Shown here: one piece after another, positions 1 through 9,889 of the stretch
Layout of the letters: each line of letters starts with the position of its first letter
Position numbering within the stretch: the first letter of the stretch is position 1
NCBI GenBank assembly: GCA_973895155.1
Contig: OZ316896.1
Location: 8,081,539 to 8,145,538 of the forward strand
DNA length: 64,000 nucleotides
Direction: 5' to 3'
Origin: Marsupella aquatica
Lineage: Eukaryota > Plantae > Marchantiophyta
Notes under the pieces: generated by a model
The model's database searches: none
Told to the model about the DNA's origin: nothing
What the model saw: only the letters and a program-made list of their open reading frames with translations
Translations under genes and position numbers: made by a program

Positions 1-1217
1 TCCTTAGAAGAATCTTGATATTCTCCACATGCAATTAATTTGTCCACTAGTCTGATCAAAGTTCACTTCTCTCCAGCTTCATCAAAAATTAAATTGTCGA
101 CATGCAAGAGGACAGTTGTCCTTTGAACCCTTTGCTGCATCAGCAGACTGAGCTCCGCTTTGATGGCGTCAGTCTCATACATCGAAAGAGCAGTCTCCTC
201 CTCTTCATCAATCTAGAAAATGCCGTTTGAAATTAGATTATGAAAGAAACAACAAGATTTTTATCGGAATCCTCTTTCGTCAATAGAAAATCAAAGTTTG
301 GTAGCACTTACCGATCGAACCTCGGCTTGTATATCTGAACGAGGCAAACGCTCATCAAGCAAAGGAGGATCCATATCGATCAGGGCTTCCACTCCTTCTA
401 GGGCTGTGGATAAACTCCAACCTGTTCTCTTTCTCTTAACGCTAACTCCAGAACCAGATGGCCCCGATCCCTCAGATCCTCTACTCTCGCTTACATTTAT
501 GTAAGGCGCTTCCAAAACGCCTAAACCTGCACTGGTTGCACGACCTCGACGAATGCCGCTGCCCCTTCTCCCGCCCTCAGAGGGACCAGCAAAATCTTCC
601 ATGATGTTCCCTCTCCCTCTCCCTTTCCCCCTGCCACTTCCCTTCCCCGAACCACTTTTGGGCTCGTCCAAAGCCGTACCTCCAGCACTTTTTGCCGATG
701 AAGCTCCACTCCCGTTAGAACCAGGCCTCTTAATAACTATTTTCCGGATGGGTCTGAATTCTTCACCTGTGAGCCTCTTGTACTCTGCGTTCACCCTTGG
801 TAGCATGATGAGATCACAATCTTGGACAAACTGGCACACCCAAGCTGGGCCCATAAGATTCATTACTTTTGTTGACCTAACTTCCGCGACAAGCGCGTCT
901 TCAAGGTAACTCTCAAGGGATTTCTCAAGAAAGTTCTCCATGGTGACAATGACAGAGGTGAATCCCTTGCCTCCACACATTGTCAAGAAACTCAGACCCT
1001 CTTTCAACACTTTTGCCTCTCCCTGGCTAATCAAGTACTCACAGATCGCCACACCAACAACGGGGCCAAACAAGAGAGTAACCTTTGCGGATTTTTGCAT
1101 CTGGACCCAAAGGATAGGAGACTCACAGTCTACCATATCCTTGGATTGTAACCTGGCGTCGCGGAAGTACCACGGTTTCTTGATGAACCCTAAAACCAAA
1201 AACCGGCATGCAAACAT
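1..1217 (-). CDS. Hypothetical element-encoded protein, spliced and partial (globular N-terminus, G/S/R-rich linker, second domain); stop near 70
   Basis: ORF 291-1217 plus a phase-0 intron at 311-213 (GTAAGT...TTTTCTAG). The next exon reads IDEEEETALSMYETDAIKAELSLLMQQRVQRTTVLLHVDNLIFDEAGEK*TLIRLVD. Confidence 0.5.
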
Positions 1218-1481
1218 CGATACAATGAACTCAGAAAGTCCTCATTCACGTACAAGCATTAGGTCATTCCACGAGCGATACCAACTCCGATAAAATTATC
1301 GCAAACAAATATGAGCACGATATAAATTGACGGCCGAGATTACATTATCGTATGTGTCAACATCTGAAAATGAGAGCAACACCGATAAAATTATCGCAAA
1401 AGTGGTCCAAACAAAAAGTGAGCCTTCTTTAAATTGACGACCAACTGTACATGTGATAATGTGCCTAATCAATCATCCCAC

Positions 1482-1768
1482 CTCGGGGGGTTGACTATCA
1501 ACAATCTTAGGAACCACGTGCGATCCAAAATATGTATTTTTCATATAAATTAGCTAAATTTTTAAAAAGCGTAGGAAGCAAAAGAAGTTATTATAAACCT
1601 ATATTTGTAGAATATTCTCTAATATATACCTTTTATAAAGTAAAATAGATCATTTGTATTGAAAATAGAGAATATTTTTAGAATATTCCCATAATAAAAT
1701 AGGTGTGTTTATATTAGGCTAGGATCGCACGTGGTACCCCAAAATATACACTAAGTTAACCCCCCGAG
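1482..1768. mobile_element. hAT-type MITE (287 bp)
   Basis: TIRs CTCGGGGGGTTGACT / AGTTAACCCCCCGAG, with a perfect 8-bp TSD CATCCCAC at 1474-1481 and 1769-1776. Internal IR ACCACGTGCGATCC / GGATCGCACGTGGT around an AT-rich core with GAATATTC motifs. Confidence 0.9.
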
Positions 1769-2486
1769 CATCCCACCCAAGATCAAACCACGCTACAGCA
1801 AAGCAAGAGATTAGCTTCTTGGGCCATTGGGGTATATGAGTGATCCTATGATCATAGGCCCACAGCCAATGAAAATCTGTGGCACCGGTCTCAGGATTAA
1901 CTACAACTACTGAATAGCGGCGTGACGGAACGTCACAACAGGCATTTGTGCAACACTGACACATCTCACCATTGTCAAGGACATTTGTCCATAAACAAGA
2001 TACATAAGTTAACCTAAATAATGGACAAAGAGGCCTAGGGGGGAGTTGACGATGCCTGTACAAATATAACTTCCCACCAGTGTCAATCAAAAACTCGATA
2101 GCAAGAGGATTGTCCAGCTGGTCAATCACATCCTGAATCTCATCGAATGCTCTACGTCTGTTGTGGGCATAGAATTCTGGTTCATAGGCAGGATTGCCCT
2201 TCACAACATGACAGTAGTGCAGTATAAAACGTTTTACTGCACCGGTTTTAAGAAAAAGCAGGATAATACTTCTAGAAAATGCAGCATATCTATCCCACCG
2301 GATATAACTTTCTCCCCCTACCTGGTCTACATAGAAGTGATATGCGTTATTATAAAATGGTTTTGCTACCAACCTGCAAATCTTTAAAATTAGTGATTCA
2401 TCCAGCTTCCTTAGCTGGTCCATCAGGGCGCCATTCCCCCATTTCGGAGGATCCACGAAGGGAACAAAAATGTGTCGCTCGAGCAT
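1719..2486 (-). CDS. Hypothetical Cys-rich protein whose 3' end is interrupted by the MITE
   Basis: 255-aa ORF with CQCCTNACC. Removing the MITE and one TSD restores ...FDLGWDD* with the stop at 1469-1471. Confidence 0.5.
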   Translation of the reverse strand: MLERHIFVPFVDPPKWGNGALMDQLRKLDESLILKICRLVAKPFYNNAYHFYVDQVGGESYIRWDRYAAFSRSIILLFLKTGAVKRFILHYCHVVKGNPAYEPEFYAHNRRRAFDEIQDVIDQLDNPLAIEFLIDTGGKLYLYRHRQLPPRPLCPLFRLTYVSCLWTNVLDNGEMCQCCTNACCDVPSRRYSVVVVNPETGATDFHWLWAYDHRITHIPQWPKKLISCFAVAWFDLGWDARGVNLVYILGYHVRS

Positions 2487-2553
2487 GACCTGATCAGCGA
2501 ATAGAAATCAGGAATACATTTTGGAGAACATACTCATTACAATTCTACAAGTT

Positions 2554-3364
2554 TCATTCAACTTTATAGTACCTTGTATAACGGGCTGTGAAGCCAATGC
2601 ACTTGTCAGCTAATCGTCCGTAGAGGCGCAAAAAACTACACTCTGGACCACACAACCCGAAGTCAGGCGAGGCAGGGTCATTTACATTCAAAGTGTTTTT
2701 TACAAGCTCTTCTCGAGCAAACCTTAGAGCACCCAAAACAATTGACTACTAAATCGACCAGAGGAATGAGGAGTGCGATAAATTTATCGGATGTTCGCAG
2801 CAATGCCTCATCCACTCAGACTTGTCCATGCCATGCAAGAATTTTCCGCTTCCCACTTTCTCCAAGATTCACCCAAACTCTAAGAAATGCATCTAATCGG
2901 TCATACGAGAAGCACCCAAGCATATCTATGGGAGGGAGGAAATGAGTTTCCTCTCGGAAGACCCTAGCAATATGTAGGTTTGAGAGAAGGTCGGCATTAG
3001 GAATGCTTGCAAGCATTTGGTTTAAGTCATTAATCTCACGGACTGCATATTTCAGTAAAGCCCAAAATCGTGTACCAACAACAAGATGGTTCCATTTCTT
3101 CGAGGTGGCTCCAAGACAAATGATTGTTCTCATTCGAGCCAGTCGTTCTTCGGGTAAAAGTTTTAGGTCAAGGCCAAGGTGTTCATCTTGTGTGAAAGAC
3201 AACGCCAAGAGAGGCCAAATGTGAGATTCAACGAGTTGATCAGGAAGTCCATTCAACAGACTTCCGCATTCCACACCAGACACTTTTCCTTGAATATATT
3301 TCCTACGCTTGTGGGCTAATACGGATGCCATCTTAGCAACGATGAGGTTCTCCGACGCATCCAT
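2554..3364 (-). pseudogene. F-box-like-motif protein, degenerate at the 3' end
   Basis: ORF 2816-3364 contains LPDQLVESHIWPLL...IICLGATSKKWNHLV, an F-box-like pattern. The frame continues past the TGA at 2816-2818 (VDEALLRTSDKFIALLIPLVDL...). Confidence 0.45.
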
Positions 3365-3558
3365 GAAGCAGAGCTACCAAAACCACCAATAAAAGTACCT
3401 TCAATCACCAAGTGTAACCAAAGATATCCACAGTACCAACCCTGCACGACAGTTTAAAGATTAGGACTTGGACCATATTGTATTTGTTGCACATGGGTAG
3501 GACTTGTTTACTTAAATGTGTCCTTACAAAACGCGCCTCAATGTGAAGGTCGCAACAC

Positions 3559-3888
3559 TCATCGTGAAAGGTTGACCCAAGGGTCCTCGTTCCAAATCTG
3601 ACAACATAAGTATGCCAATTTATGGTACTTGTTGTCAAGACGACGACAACAATAGTTACAAGAAAACTCCAAAGAATGGAGACACGCCGTTAACATCAAC
3701 CTCGAATGGATTGGAACTCCTGCACCATTCATTCCGCAGAACTCAATCCAGAGAGGATTCTGCCTATCTCCGGGATCAGTCCCACCCATCCACAACGCTC
3801 CTACACCAATGGGGAGAACTTTACATTGCACGAGTTTCTTGTACAACCGGCGTGCACGTTTGACACGATTTTGAATTAAGACAACCAT
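3559..3888 (-). CDS. Small hypothetical Cys/His-containing protein of the same cluster
   Basis: 109-aa ORF co-oriented with its neighbours; no recognisable domain. Confidence 0.25.
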   Translation of the reverse strand: MVVLIQNRVKRARRLYKKLVQCKVLPIGVGALWMGGTDPGDRQNPLWIEFCGMNGAGVPIHSRLMLTACLHSLEFSCNYCCRRLDNKYHKLAYLCCQIWNEDPWVNLSR

Positions 3889-4075
3889 TTGTCACTATAC
3901 CTTTGATCCACCAAGTGCAATCGACCTTTCGTTGTGCCTCCTAAACCCTGCAGCACTGCAACATCATAGAGGAAGATGAGTCTCCAAACAAAACAAAGGA
4001 AGATGAGTCTCACAGGAGGGTGCGATAACTTTATCGCACCTCGCATTCATCTTGAAGACATGACTCCCTCACACA

Positions 4076-4409
4076 CTCAAGCAATCTTCAATCAATCACA
4101 GGAATGGAAACTCCGATAAATTTATGGGAGTCTCAAGCAATCTTCAATCAATCACAGGAATGGAAACTCCGATAAATTTATGGGAGTCTCAAGCAATCTT
4201 CAATCAATCACAGGAATTGAAACTCCGATAAATTTATTGGAGTCTCAAGCAATCTTCAATCAATCACAGGAATTGAAACTCCGATAAATTTATCAGAGTC
4301 TCAAGCAATCTTCAATCAATCACAGGAATGGAAACTCCAATAAATTTATCGGAGTCTCAAGAAATCTTCAATCAATGACAAGAATGGATACTCCGATAAA
4401 TTTATCGGA
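4076..4409. repeat. Tandem array of ~6 x 56 bp, each unit carrying a CGATAAATTTATCG variant
   Basis: Unit TCTCAAGCAATCTTCAATCAATCACAGGAATGGAAACTCCGATAAATTTAT(G/C)GGAG, starting at about 4076, 4131, 4187, 4243, 4299 and 4355. Confidence 0.95.
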
Positions 4410-4705
4410 CCTTGAATATAATTTATGGAATGAATGCGCACTGGATCAAAGGAATGCAACAGAGGAATGCAGAATGCGATAAATTTATCGCAGTCCTCTC
4501 GAATCAGGACATTGACACCAAATGACAAGTCAACCTTACATGGATGATACTCGACTGGAATGGTAGTTCCGATAAATTTATCGAGTTCTCTGGAGAAAGA
4601 GTCAAGTCTCTTGGGAGGAATGCAAGACTTGATAGGAGTTCAGTATTCACTCTGAGTGAGGTGTTGTCGCTCCGGCAAAAATAAACGTTTTATGGGCAGC
4701 CCGCT

Positions 4706-4721
4706 CCTCTTTATATAGGGG
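4706..4721 (-). promoter_or_regulatory. Putative TATA box driving leftward transcription of the ORF cluster
   Basis: Minus strand reads CCCCTATATAAAGAG, upstream of the repeat array and ORFs. Confidence 0.4.
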
Positions 4722-6547
4722 ATGCTCTAACCATGGTAACTTTCCCCCTTAACCATGGTTACTTTCTGCCTTAACCCGGGTTAGTGCGTGGTTGACCCTC
4801 GATTACGTGGTTTTGGACCAAGTTACTCGCAGTTCGGAATTTTTCACAGACCAAATGTAAAACCCGATGCACGTATCGCTCCCTGCATTCCCGCGGCGAT
4901 GCAATGTAGGCAACTCATGTTTTTTTAATTTTTTGGTAGTTTTATCGGAGATTGCATTGCCTTAGAAAAAAATGGAATCGGGCTAAACGAGAAGTGTGTC
5001 ACACTTCTCGGTCGGTCCAAAATCGTGTTAAATGTGAAACTTCTTTATTTGGCAATGTTTCCACGCGTGTCTCAAAAAACGACCTAAGCCAATTGACCAA
5101 GACTAATCTTTTAACAGATGGAGGGCGTCCAACTGGTTTAGAATATCCTAAGTCTTGGTTGTCTAATTTCAAAATTCTATTTAATCTCTGATTGCCAACG
5201 CAAAATATAAGCTTGAAAGCTTTTCAACAAATACTCTTTTGACCAAACGTGTAAGATATAGACTGCCTCCCTCCTTTCCGTCTCGCTTTATAAGCCACTG
5301 CAAAGATAAAGATCGATACTGAGATTTTTGCCTCAAAAATTTAGAACGCGCCTCACGAATTTCTTTTGGAGATAGACTTAGGTTACTCTTCCATCAGCCC
5401 TCGACCCGGCTCTCACCCTGAAACTGTTGTCACCCCGAATTGTGTTTAAGGGCAAGTCCCAGTCTCATTCCATGGGGCCCGCGTCATTTGATGAGGGTGA
5501 ATCATCGACTAATTGTAACCGGGTGTTGAATGACGGTGAGAGGGTCGACACTAACGGTGTGCAAGGGGGAATGAGTGTCAACACCAGCTCGTGTGAACGC
5601 AGAGGAAGGGAGCTTGATCCAACGTAGTGGACGGACTGAGAAGGGGAACGCGGAGGACGGGAGACCTTCTGATTTGCGAGTTCAGGTCGAGGGCTGAAGT
5701 GGGCAATTGGTGAGAGGAAGTGCGCCGTGCAATTCAGGAGAAGCCGATCGGAGTTGCTGTGGTAGACAAGTAGGGTTTCTTGTTGCAGAGTTAATGTTTG
5801 GACACCAGCTATGGAGTGAGTTGGAATCTTCAAGGGTGGCAGCGCAGCTCCTTGTCTAGTTATGGGGATGCTACGTGTAGACAGTTTCAATCATGACTGA
5901 CTGGCCCAATACTACCAGCTTTCCAACGGCCCTCGTTATGTCTTTCACTATTTGGAGGCAATTCTTATCGACGAATCAAAGACCAAGATTTGATTATTCG
6001 TTCTGTACGAGATCGACATTGTATCGTCATTTCTGGATGAGTTCTTGAGGTGATCATTTAATGAGTTCAAGGAAACGAGTTCTTAATGAGTTTTTAACGA
6101 GCATTTCCTTTGCTTGTCAACTGATGGTCCAATGGCTCTTTCATCCGTGCTACAATATCGGTAGATCTCCATAAACATGCCCCTGGAATAAGTTTTTTCT
6201 GGCTTAGGAGGCTTTACTGGCATTACACACTTTCTTCAGCATCAAGCCCGCAAGGTTATGTCAAACTGGAACCACACGAAGAATTAATGAAGAACTGTTC
6301 ATCCTAATTAATCATTTGCTTTCGTAGAACATGGAATGATCTTCTTTTTCAGAGTTTCAGCTGTTCCGTCATCTATTTGCGTCTTCAATTGGTTTGAACT
6401 TTTCTTTGGGATCAAATACTTGAATGTGGAAGGCAGACATACAACTTAGTGATTGAGAATTGAAGGTAGACCCTGGAAGGAATAGCATCAGGAATTGAAG
6501 GGAGACCCTGGAAGCAAAAGCATCAGGAAATCCCCCTTGATTCTATT

Positions 6548-6844
6548 CTCGGGGGTCTCACTATATGGGGACCTCCCCATCGCCTGCGACGTTTTTAGGC
6601 CTCGGACCCCCTAAAATGTAAGAAAACAAATTTATTTTTTAACCCCTATAAAGTTGGAATATTCTTGGAATATTCTAAAAATTGGATTAAAAAGACCCTA
6701 ATGTTCTTATAAGTCTCAAAATTGAATTTAAAAGACCCTATTGTTCTTCTACAAAAATTCTTAAGTCTTCCCTTAGAACCAATAAAATGACCCTATCCTT
6801 CGTCGCACGTGATATGCCATTTTTGTGGAAGTGAGACCCCCAAG
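6548..6844. mobile_element. hAT-type MITE (297 bp), same TIR class as 1482-1768
   Basis: TIRs CTCGGGGGTCTCACT / AGTGAGACCCCCAAG, with a perfect 8-bp TSD ATTCTATT at 6540-6547 and 6845-6852. Confidence 0.9.
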
Positions 6845-7284
6845 ATTCTATTGGAGGGAAGAATGGCAGACCGAATCCCTGTTGGGCCCTCACACCTTGA
6901 ATTTCACTCGGAATTATACTAACCAGTTGGCCGTGCTGCCCATTGCAAAATTTCATGGACAACTTCAGGCTGATGACTGGTGAACGCCCTTCAATGAGCA
7001 CTCCGAGTACAAAAAAATTTATAGCAGGTAAGATTACAAGCTCCAAAAAAATAGGTAGTCACAGATCTGTTCTGTTGACTCCATGTTGCTATGATGCTAT
7101 CCAGTTCTCACGAGCATTTTGTGTATGGCCATCATCCTGGCTCATCCATGCACTGTCGTTGTTCATCCTGATTAATGGTACCTTAATTGGATGACCTCAG
7201 GAGGAATTGTCCTGGACCTGTATTGCATTGTCCTGGACCTGTAGCTGCCCCCTATGGTTCAAGTTCTGCCACATACGGTTCAAA

Positions 7285-8694
7285 ATGGAGTTCCCAGGTC
7301 CAGATGAAGAAGACAGCATTTCTCAGAATTGGGAGTCGATGACAGCATTTGTAATCATGAATGCAACAATGGCTGTGTCGCTTGCTGTTTCTCTTCTATC
7401 CCTCATGACCAGGCAGCATCAACTTGGAAGGAGCACCATCTTGCAAAGATTGTCTGCATTGGAAAATTCTAAGTCAAGAAAGAGACATCGACATGATGAA
7501 GATGACTGGAAGCAAGTTTGGCTATTCAATCAGGTAGTTCAAAGTTTCTTCATGAGGAAAAGAGAGATCCAGTGTCGGTGGTACATAAAGCCGAGGAGTA
7601 TACAGTGGTTTTACCTTTTTATTGACTTTGTACCTCATGACGATCCTGAGAGATTTAAGGAGTTCTTTCGGGTCAGCCCAACGACATTCTATACAATTTG
7701 TGACATGGTACACGATGACATGTTGACACACCTGCCATTGGCATTTTGTACTTTGCCAAACAGAAGACTCACAGTTGAGAGGCAGGTGGCTATTGCGCTT
7801 AGGAGGCTCTGCACTCGAGACCAGTTTCTTGGAATCTCAGAGCTGTTTGGAGTTTCTTGTCCTACCGCAATCAAAGTAACTTGGAAGTTTATTCAGGCAA
7901 TCAATGCACGAGGGAGAAGACTTATCAAGTGGCCAACTGGGGCAGAGCTGGATGAGGTGAAATGTGAGTTTCTTGATCGATGGGGATTCCCAAATTGCTG
8001 TGGGGCCATTGATGGCACCCATTTTCCTGTAGAGTTGCCAGCATCAGAGTGCAGCCAAGATTATTTTGATTTTAAAAAGAAAACCTCAGTGTCTATGCAG
8101 GCTATAGTCAATTTGCAATTGCGCTTCTTGCACGTTGTAGCTAGATGGCCTGGGAGCATTCAGGACACACGCTTGCTCAGAGTGTCTACATTTTACAGAG
8201 ACGTTGAGTATAGAAGAGTCAAGTTGCAAGGCTTGGATTATAACTGTCAAGATGGAGAGACTATTCTAAGGGAATACATAGTTGGAGATGCAGGGTACCC
8301 CTTGTATCCCTGACTCATGGTGCCTTTTGCAAGGGGATTATCAGACGAGCATGACTTGTGGAACCACCACCACTCTCAAGCCAGGATGGCAGTTGAAAGA
8401 GCATTTGGGCAGCTAAAAGGAACCTGGCGGATACTCAGTCAAATACTATGGAAACCAAAAAAGCAGAGAATTGGTCCCATGATCTACTGTTGTTGCATTC
8501 TGCATAACTATTTGATTGAGAGAGGAGAGCATTTCAGTCCTGAGTTGCTTCGGGGTATTACACCCCATCCAGGTGGATACGCTGGAGTCCATGTGCCTCG
8601 AAGGGAGTACATGGACGAAGGGCTTGAGGCACGGGACAATTTGCTAAATGAGGTGACAATTTTGTCAGAACAAAGAAGAACCAGAAGAATGTAG
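7285..8694 (+). pseudogene. PIF/Harbinger DDE transposase (HARBI1-like) with one in-frame stop
   Basis: Motifs FRVSPTTF, VAIALRRL, GAIDGTHF, VGDAGYPL and RMAVERAFGQLKGTW. ORFs 7207-8313 and 8317-8694 are in frame across a TGA at 8311-8313 where Trp is expected. Confidence 0.95.
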
Positions 8695-9056
8695 ACTAGA
8701 TACTTTGCAGGTGATCTTTTCATTATTGTGATCAAAGAGCAACAATCAATTGCAACTTTGAGGATGTAGAAAGGACCACGGAACACGTCAGGTCATTATG
8801 AAATTATACATCTGGGATTTGTTCCCTGTTTAGTTAAGACCTGTGATCCATTGAGTTGTGGAATACATTACTCAGGTTTCTATCCTGAATTGAGAGAATT
8901 GGTGATACCTTCAGTGCTCTGGTTGGCATTGTTCTTCCATGAAGATTCTTTGTTGCACGATTGACATTGAGTACCATAGCCTTAGTAGAAGTCCATAAAC
9001 TTGTCACTGCTGTGTATTCTGTAGCTGTGATTGTTCACTGATATTGGAAATCAATT

Positions 9057-9158
9057 GACGAGGACAAACAAAATGTATTACTGGCTGGCATGAGCGATAA
9101 GAAAATTATGCAATGGGATATGCATTCTGGAGATATCACTCCTAAGGAGTATGACCAT
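9057..9158 (+). pseudogene. Captured fragment of the WD40 splicing factor PRP17/CDC40
   Basis: Translates as [34 protein letters not shown], which matches from memory the plant PRP17 segment ...[14 protein letters not shown]...QEYDQH. Confidence 0.75.
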
Positions 9159-9889
9159 TATGGCGAAAGGAGATTCTTCGGCAGTTGAGCAATGTAGACA
9201 TCTCTTGAAGATGTGCAAACAACGTAGATGGATATAGACCCTCGTATGCCAACAACTTACTTTGGTTTGTCTATGATTACTTCATCAAAGGCTTCAAATG
9301 AACGTGCGAACTAATTTTTTTGTGAGACTATATGAATTGTGTAAATGTCACGGGCTCGAGAAGCGGCTTACATTGAATGCCAAAACAATCTCATCATCGA
9401 ACGTGCATGAAGTAAGGACTCACTCTTTGTATACGTTGCCCCAATTTGATTCGGCAGGTTATGAATACAAGCTCGAATAGAACACACTCTCAGAAGAAGT
9501 AGGCGGTCCGAAGGCCCTATTTTACAACATCATTTCGCCAGGAACCATCTTACATGTAGCACCAAAATGGATGCAATCAGAAATTGTATTTGATATGGCC
9601 CAAGCTCTGGTTTCTTCCGGAGGATGGCTGTTGTTCTTCGCGATGGTGTATCAGTGGAATTGATAAAGCAAGGCCTGTCTTGCCTTTGGATCACATGTAG
9701 TTGATCAGTCGAGGAAATTCCCTGAGATCTTATTCATTGATAATCAGGGCAGAGTGTCTAGACGTCCACTGTGATTTTTTTCTCTCCTAGTTTAGTCTGT
9801 AGAGTACTAAGGAATGCGGATGGAAAAGATCAGCACATTATTCTTTAGCAAGTATGTTCAACTAGAAAGTCATAGCAGGATCGCGTGTT

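Larger units (their letters stand above)
1..5069 (-). mobile_element. Right-hand part of a putative large multi-ORF DNA element (CACGC-type terminus, CACTA/CMC-like?), continuing off the left edge
   Basis: Minus strand from 5069 reads CACGCGTGGAAACATTGCCAAATAAAGAAGTTTCAC. A 23-bp palindrome lies at 4988-5010. The motif CGATAAATTTATCG is dispersed over 1288-4583, and there is a cluster of co-oriented minus-strand ORFs. No transposase or second end is visible. Confidence 0.45.

Noticed and set aside
4076-4409. CRISPR-like array
   Set aside because: Units are contiguous near-identical repeats without unique spacers, there are no cas genes, and the context is eukaryotic.
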